A DNA stretch of 64,000 nt from Lingula anatina (taxonomy: Eukaryota > Animalia > Brachiopoda): positions 1,984,001 through 2,048,000 of the forward strand of contig CM120642.1 in NCBI GenBank assembly GCA_051362555.1, read 5' to 3'. A model generated the notes under the pieces. The model was not told the origin of the DNA and searched no databases. It was given only the letters and a program-made list of their open reading frames with translations. Every line of letters starts with the position of its first letter. Positions within the stretch are counted from its first letter, which is position 1. The position numbers and the translations under genes were made by a program. This document shows, piece after piece, positions 61,801 to 64,000 of the stretch.

Positions 61801-62248
61801 ACGGCACCGAGTGCAGCAATCCTGGCACCATAGAAAGTGTCAAATACACCTGGTACTATGATGCAGGAAACGTCGATTTGCACAGCCCATTTACAGGTAT
61901 GTTTGAACCATAACTTACCTTATACTAAATTCACACAATTAGAGTTAGATTGAAGTAACAGAAATGTAATATTCCTTTCAGTACTTTTTCTTTGACGGGT
62001 GAATTTGGCTTGCTTATAGATCAGTACCCCTCCTTCCTGTCACGAGAGTTTGAGCACACATAGACAAAATTTTAATTCAATAACCATTCATTTCAGTACA
62101 AGGGACATGTGTGGGTCTGCCAGCTGGGGACATCACTTTGAATTTTGCCGTGTCTCATTGTTCCTCATACAGTGGGGAGGACGCCTGCACTGGCTGGGGA
62201 ACTGCAAGCAACATGATGGCAGAAGAAATTTTCCTGGACACTTACTAA
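28997..62248 (+). CDS. Gene E: paralogue of gene D (601 aa), introns expanded by repeats and TEs
   Basis: Exons 28997-29344, 43677-43791, 44582-44673, 46100-46298, 46552-46695, 46912-46997, 59058-59256, 59844-60005, 60533-60636, 61692-61896, 62097-62248. Exons 2-11 match gene D in length and phase; no stops or frameshifts found. Confidence 0.85.
31032..31190 (+). mobile_element. Possible fragment of a DIRS/Ngaro-type retroelement ORF1
   Basis: Coiled-coil-like peptide ending EGNRIQFEFN resembles, from memory only, ORF1 of invertebrate tyrosine-recombinase retroelements; no other domains seen. Confidence 0.3.
36439..40071. mobile_element. Non-autonomous TTAA-type DNA element (Kolobok-like) inserted into the array
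   Basis: Interrupts a repeat unit exactly at its TTAA (TCAA|AGGTTTTG ... CAAATCCT|TTAA). Short imperfect TIRs AGG...CCT; no transposase found. Confidence 0.6.
38647..39559. mobile_element. Nested non-autonomous TIR element (~910 bp)
   Basis: TIRs AGCCTCGGTCACAACCGG(C/A)CGCACG at both ends, flanked by TTAA in a palindromic ATGCATTTAAATGCAT site. GC-rich interior with TATAAAAG and a decayed MPPKGKRKK start. Confidence 0.75.
43814..43851. repeat. (AAT)n microsatellite
   Basis: About 12 perfect AAT units directly after exon 2 of gene E. Confidence 0.9.
44849..45654 (-). mobile_element. Solo LTR (~806 bp) in intron 3 of gene E
   Basis: Termini TGTAACG...CGTTACA with 4-bp TSD TTAC on both sides. 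Minus-strand TATA-like GTATAAAAG (~45160) and AATAAA (~44940). Absent from the equivalent intron of gene D. Confidence 0.8.
47165..47423 (-). repeat. 3' LTR of the Gypsy element
   Basis: Direct repeat of 58672-58932 with several substitutions and small indels; preceded by GGCC TSD. Confidence 0.93.
48510..51321 (-). mobile_element. RTE-clade LINE (5'-truncated, decayed) nested in the 3' region of the Gypsy element
   Basis: APE endonuclease (IGLSE, QVYAPT, MGDFNAK, DYIM, SDHR) and RT (GVRQGDTISPKLF, RFADD), RTE-type C-terminus (RGRPVKRW), (TGA)n 3' tail at ~48510-48524. Stop at 49584 and a 14-bp tandem duplication near 50446-50473 break the frame. Confidence 0.92.
52334..55900 (-). pseudogene. 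pol: Gypsy pol: protease, RT, RNase H, integrase, chromodomain (stop at 53090, frameshift near 52600)
   Basis: LIDTGS; YRFCIDYRKLN, YLDD; YTDAS, TDH; GHGG/CxxC, SDRGSNF, NGQVER; GPF; chromodomain FEVGKVL..QYLIKRKGF..NTWEPVENL. Confidence 0.93.
55919..58629 (-). pseudogene. gag: Gypsy gag (frameshifted, interrupted by Tc1)
   Basis: Retrotransposon gag-like WLTRFENYC..MKGPAEIW..LKTEF..FVRGL. Frame resumes across the Tc1 TA site (NPSNL|EEAQNHARL). Two CCHC knuckles, CSYCRRNGHTNAAC and CFKCNRFGHIQKFC. Confidence 0.85.
56323..57955 (-). mobile_element. Tc1/mariner (DD34E) DNA transposon nested in the Gypsy gag
   Basis: ~30-bp TIRs CAGGGTTACCACTTAATATGGA..., TA TSD on both sides. Frameshifted transposase with VVFSD, YQDD-34 aa-E (SPDMSPIENLW), GGHTRNY. 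Confidence 0.93.
58657..58669 (-). other. Primer-binding site, probably tRNA-Ala
   Basis: TGGTGGAGGATGC 2 nt inside the 5' LTR, complementary to a ...GCAUCCUCCACCA 3' end typical of eukaryotic tRNA-Ala. Confidence 0.75.
58672..58932 (-). repeat. 5' LTR of the Gypsy element
   Basis: Direct repeat of 47165-47423; termini TGTAACG...CGTCACA on minus; followed by GGCC TSD on plus. Confidence 0.93.
60044..60192. mobile_element. Short interspersed element with inverted (TCCGAA/TTCGGA) subrepeats (Helentron/HINE-like)
   Basis: ATAGTCCGAAGGTTCATTGGTCCGAA ... TTCGGACCAATGAACCTTCGGACTAT; insertion relative to gene D intron 8. Confidence 0.55.
60917..61108. mobile_element. MITE (CAGGCCCG...CGGGCCTG)
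   Basis: TIRs with TTGGT duplicated on both sides; internal poly-G. Confidence 0.65.
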
Positions 62249-63533
62249 GATATTCGACTGTACCATGAAATACGTTGAACATCGGAACCTTTGGGTCTCT
62301 GTGAACGAGTATTAATTTGCATTACTTTTTTGTTTTCGTGTGCTGCTGTGCGTGACGCTGGAGCAGGTGTGGACTGGCAGTAGAATTAATGACCTTGGCG
62401 TTTTTGATTGTTTACAGTATTTTGTTACTCAGCTTCTGTCTGTTCCTATAATTTTATTAAGTCGAGAGTACATTTGCCATGCCATATCCGTACGGTGCAC
62501 GTATATACTGCCCGTAAATCCCTTTTCGTGCCGCGTAGCCGTGCGAAATCGTACGCATTTACAGTCTCCGTAGCCTCTTCGATTTTGCCAAGCTAGTTTT
62601 TGACAAATTTTGAAAATCGTAAACCCGAGGGCCGTAGCACTATCGAGACGGCATTGCGCAGTTCCGGTATGGGTATTGTTCGGTGGACTTGCGGTGACCG
62701 TGGTGATGGCTGAACATGTTGTTGGTCACTTTCCCTTCCGCCTTTGGTGATTTAAGGAAGCATAACAATAATAAAAAAAACTTGGTGTAATGCACTTTCA
62801 CGAATTTAAAGTTGTGCGTTTCCCCATTCCAACCACATTGGTGCTAAATATCGTAGGGATCTCGTCCGACAACGTATCGATCTTCAAGGAAGCCCCACCG
62901 AAGGCGTACAGCAACTGCACTGGGACTTAAAGGTCGCTTTTCAACCCACAAACCGAGTTTTCCTTTCGTGACTTCAAGGTCATGTTGCCCAAATAGCACG
63001 GGTCGTTACGTACACATAGCGCGTAGTCATTTAAGATGTCTAAAACAGTCGTATACGATTTCATCCGTGGCAAGTGTTATCTAGGCTTTAATTGATGTAC
63101 ATGTAACTGTATAGCTATCAATTGACTTCATTAATATGCATTTCGTATTTATGTCTGGCAAGGGGGTTCGATACGAAAATTTCCTTATCTGCTTAGGAAA
63201 TGCAGAAATGAACTATCTCATCAAAAACCCATGTGAATTTGCAAATTCGAGCTGATGACATCACGGCAGCAATTTTGGGAAGAAAACTAATTTTGATTTC
63301 AAGCAGATCCATTTCATTTGAACATGTATCAAAACCATTTAAAGCCTATTTAATTCTACAAATAAGTAGTAAAATCCAGTACCAGGAAGTTTTCTTGAAA
63401 TGCTTGCTTCAGATTTTATCAATTATAGAAGTCATATCTCTTAAACAATATATATATGGTAAACCGATCAGCATCTGACACGAATTGACAAAGTAGGAAA
63501 ATTTACGATAAACGCTTGGCCTCTTTGGCTCTA

Positions 63534-63734
63534 TTCCCATAGATTTTAGATCGATCTATCCCCGCGGGGAGTCTCACTAGATTATTTTCAGATAATCCGA
63601 CTTAAATGTCCGTCCCGCCTACTACAAGCTGTAAGGGGATAATTAACCTTCGTGTCCGCCCGGCTGACAGCTATTTAGCGTGAACCCCCAGGGAGTTAGG
63701 TCGATCTAAAGTAGGTCGATCTAATCTATGGAAA
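63534..63734. mobile_element. Palindromic MITE related to 21869-22111
   Basis: TTCCCATAGATTTTAGATCGATCTA...TAGGTCGATCTAATCTATGGAAA inverted termini. Confidence 0.55.
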
Positions 63735-64000
63735 TGGGGTGTTTGTGTGAAGTAAGTGAGGGGGGGGGGGGGGCGAAAAAAAAAGATTTTTTGCTATAAA
63801 TTAATTTACTTTTATTGCAGTAATATAATTATTTTACATAGAGGAAAAGGGGAAAGAACTATTTTGTCAAATGTAGGCCTTAATAACGTGTCGAACCCCC
63901 TTAATTGTGCAAAATGTGTTTTATTTTAATTTTGAACTAATTTTTTAAACAGGAATCTGTAATAACAAAATACTTTAATATATTTATTTTTATGTTAATT

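Noticed and set aside
62460-63170. GC-richer segment after gene E, possibly a TE or an exon of a further gene
   Set aside because: No termini, TSD, ORF motif or paralogy could be established by eye.

Overview
AT-rich, intron-containing animal genomic DNA, most consistent with a marine invertebrate; the taxon cannot be fixed from the sequence. Hand splicing gives six host genes. (1) A minus-strand tandem array of three C-type-lectin genes (A, cut by the window start; B, intact; C, frameshifted). B encodes signal peptide-CTLD-CTLD-stalk-TM and a cytoplasmic tail with overlapping ITAM-like motifs. (2) A 4-exon stanniocalcin homologue (16612-18245, minus) that the ORF track largely misses. (3) Two plus-strand tandem paralogues (D 19453-28160; E 28997-62248), each with 11 exons and about 600 aa: signal peptide-PAN/apple-EGF-like-three tandem CTHRC1 C-terminal domains, with no collagen helix. 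Gene E keeps an open frame, but its introns are expanded by a ~12 kb degenerate tandem array, a TTAA-type DNA element with a nested TIR element, a solo LTR, and a full chromodomain-bearing Ty3/Gypsy element that itself holds a Tc1 transposon and an RTE LINE. The best candidates for undescribed biology are the collagen-less triple-CTHRC1 secreted proteins with loop-focused divergence and the ITAM-bearing lectin receptor array. All gene models were spliced by eye and need RNA-seq confirmation.
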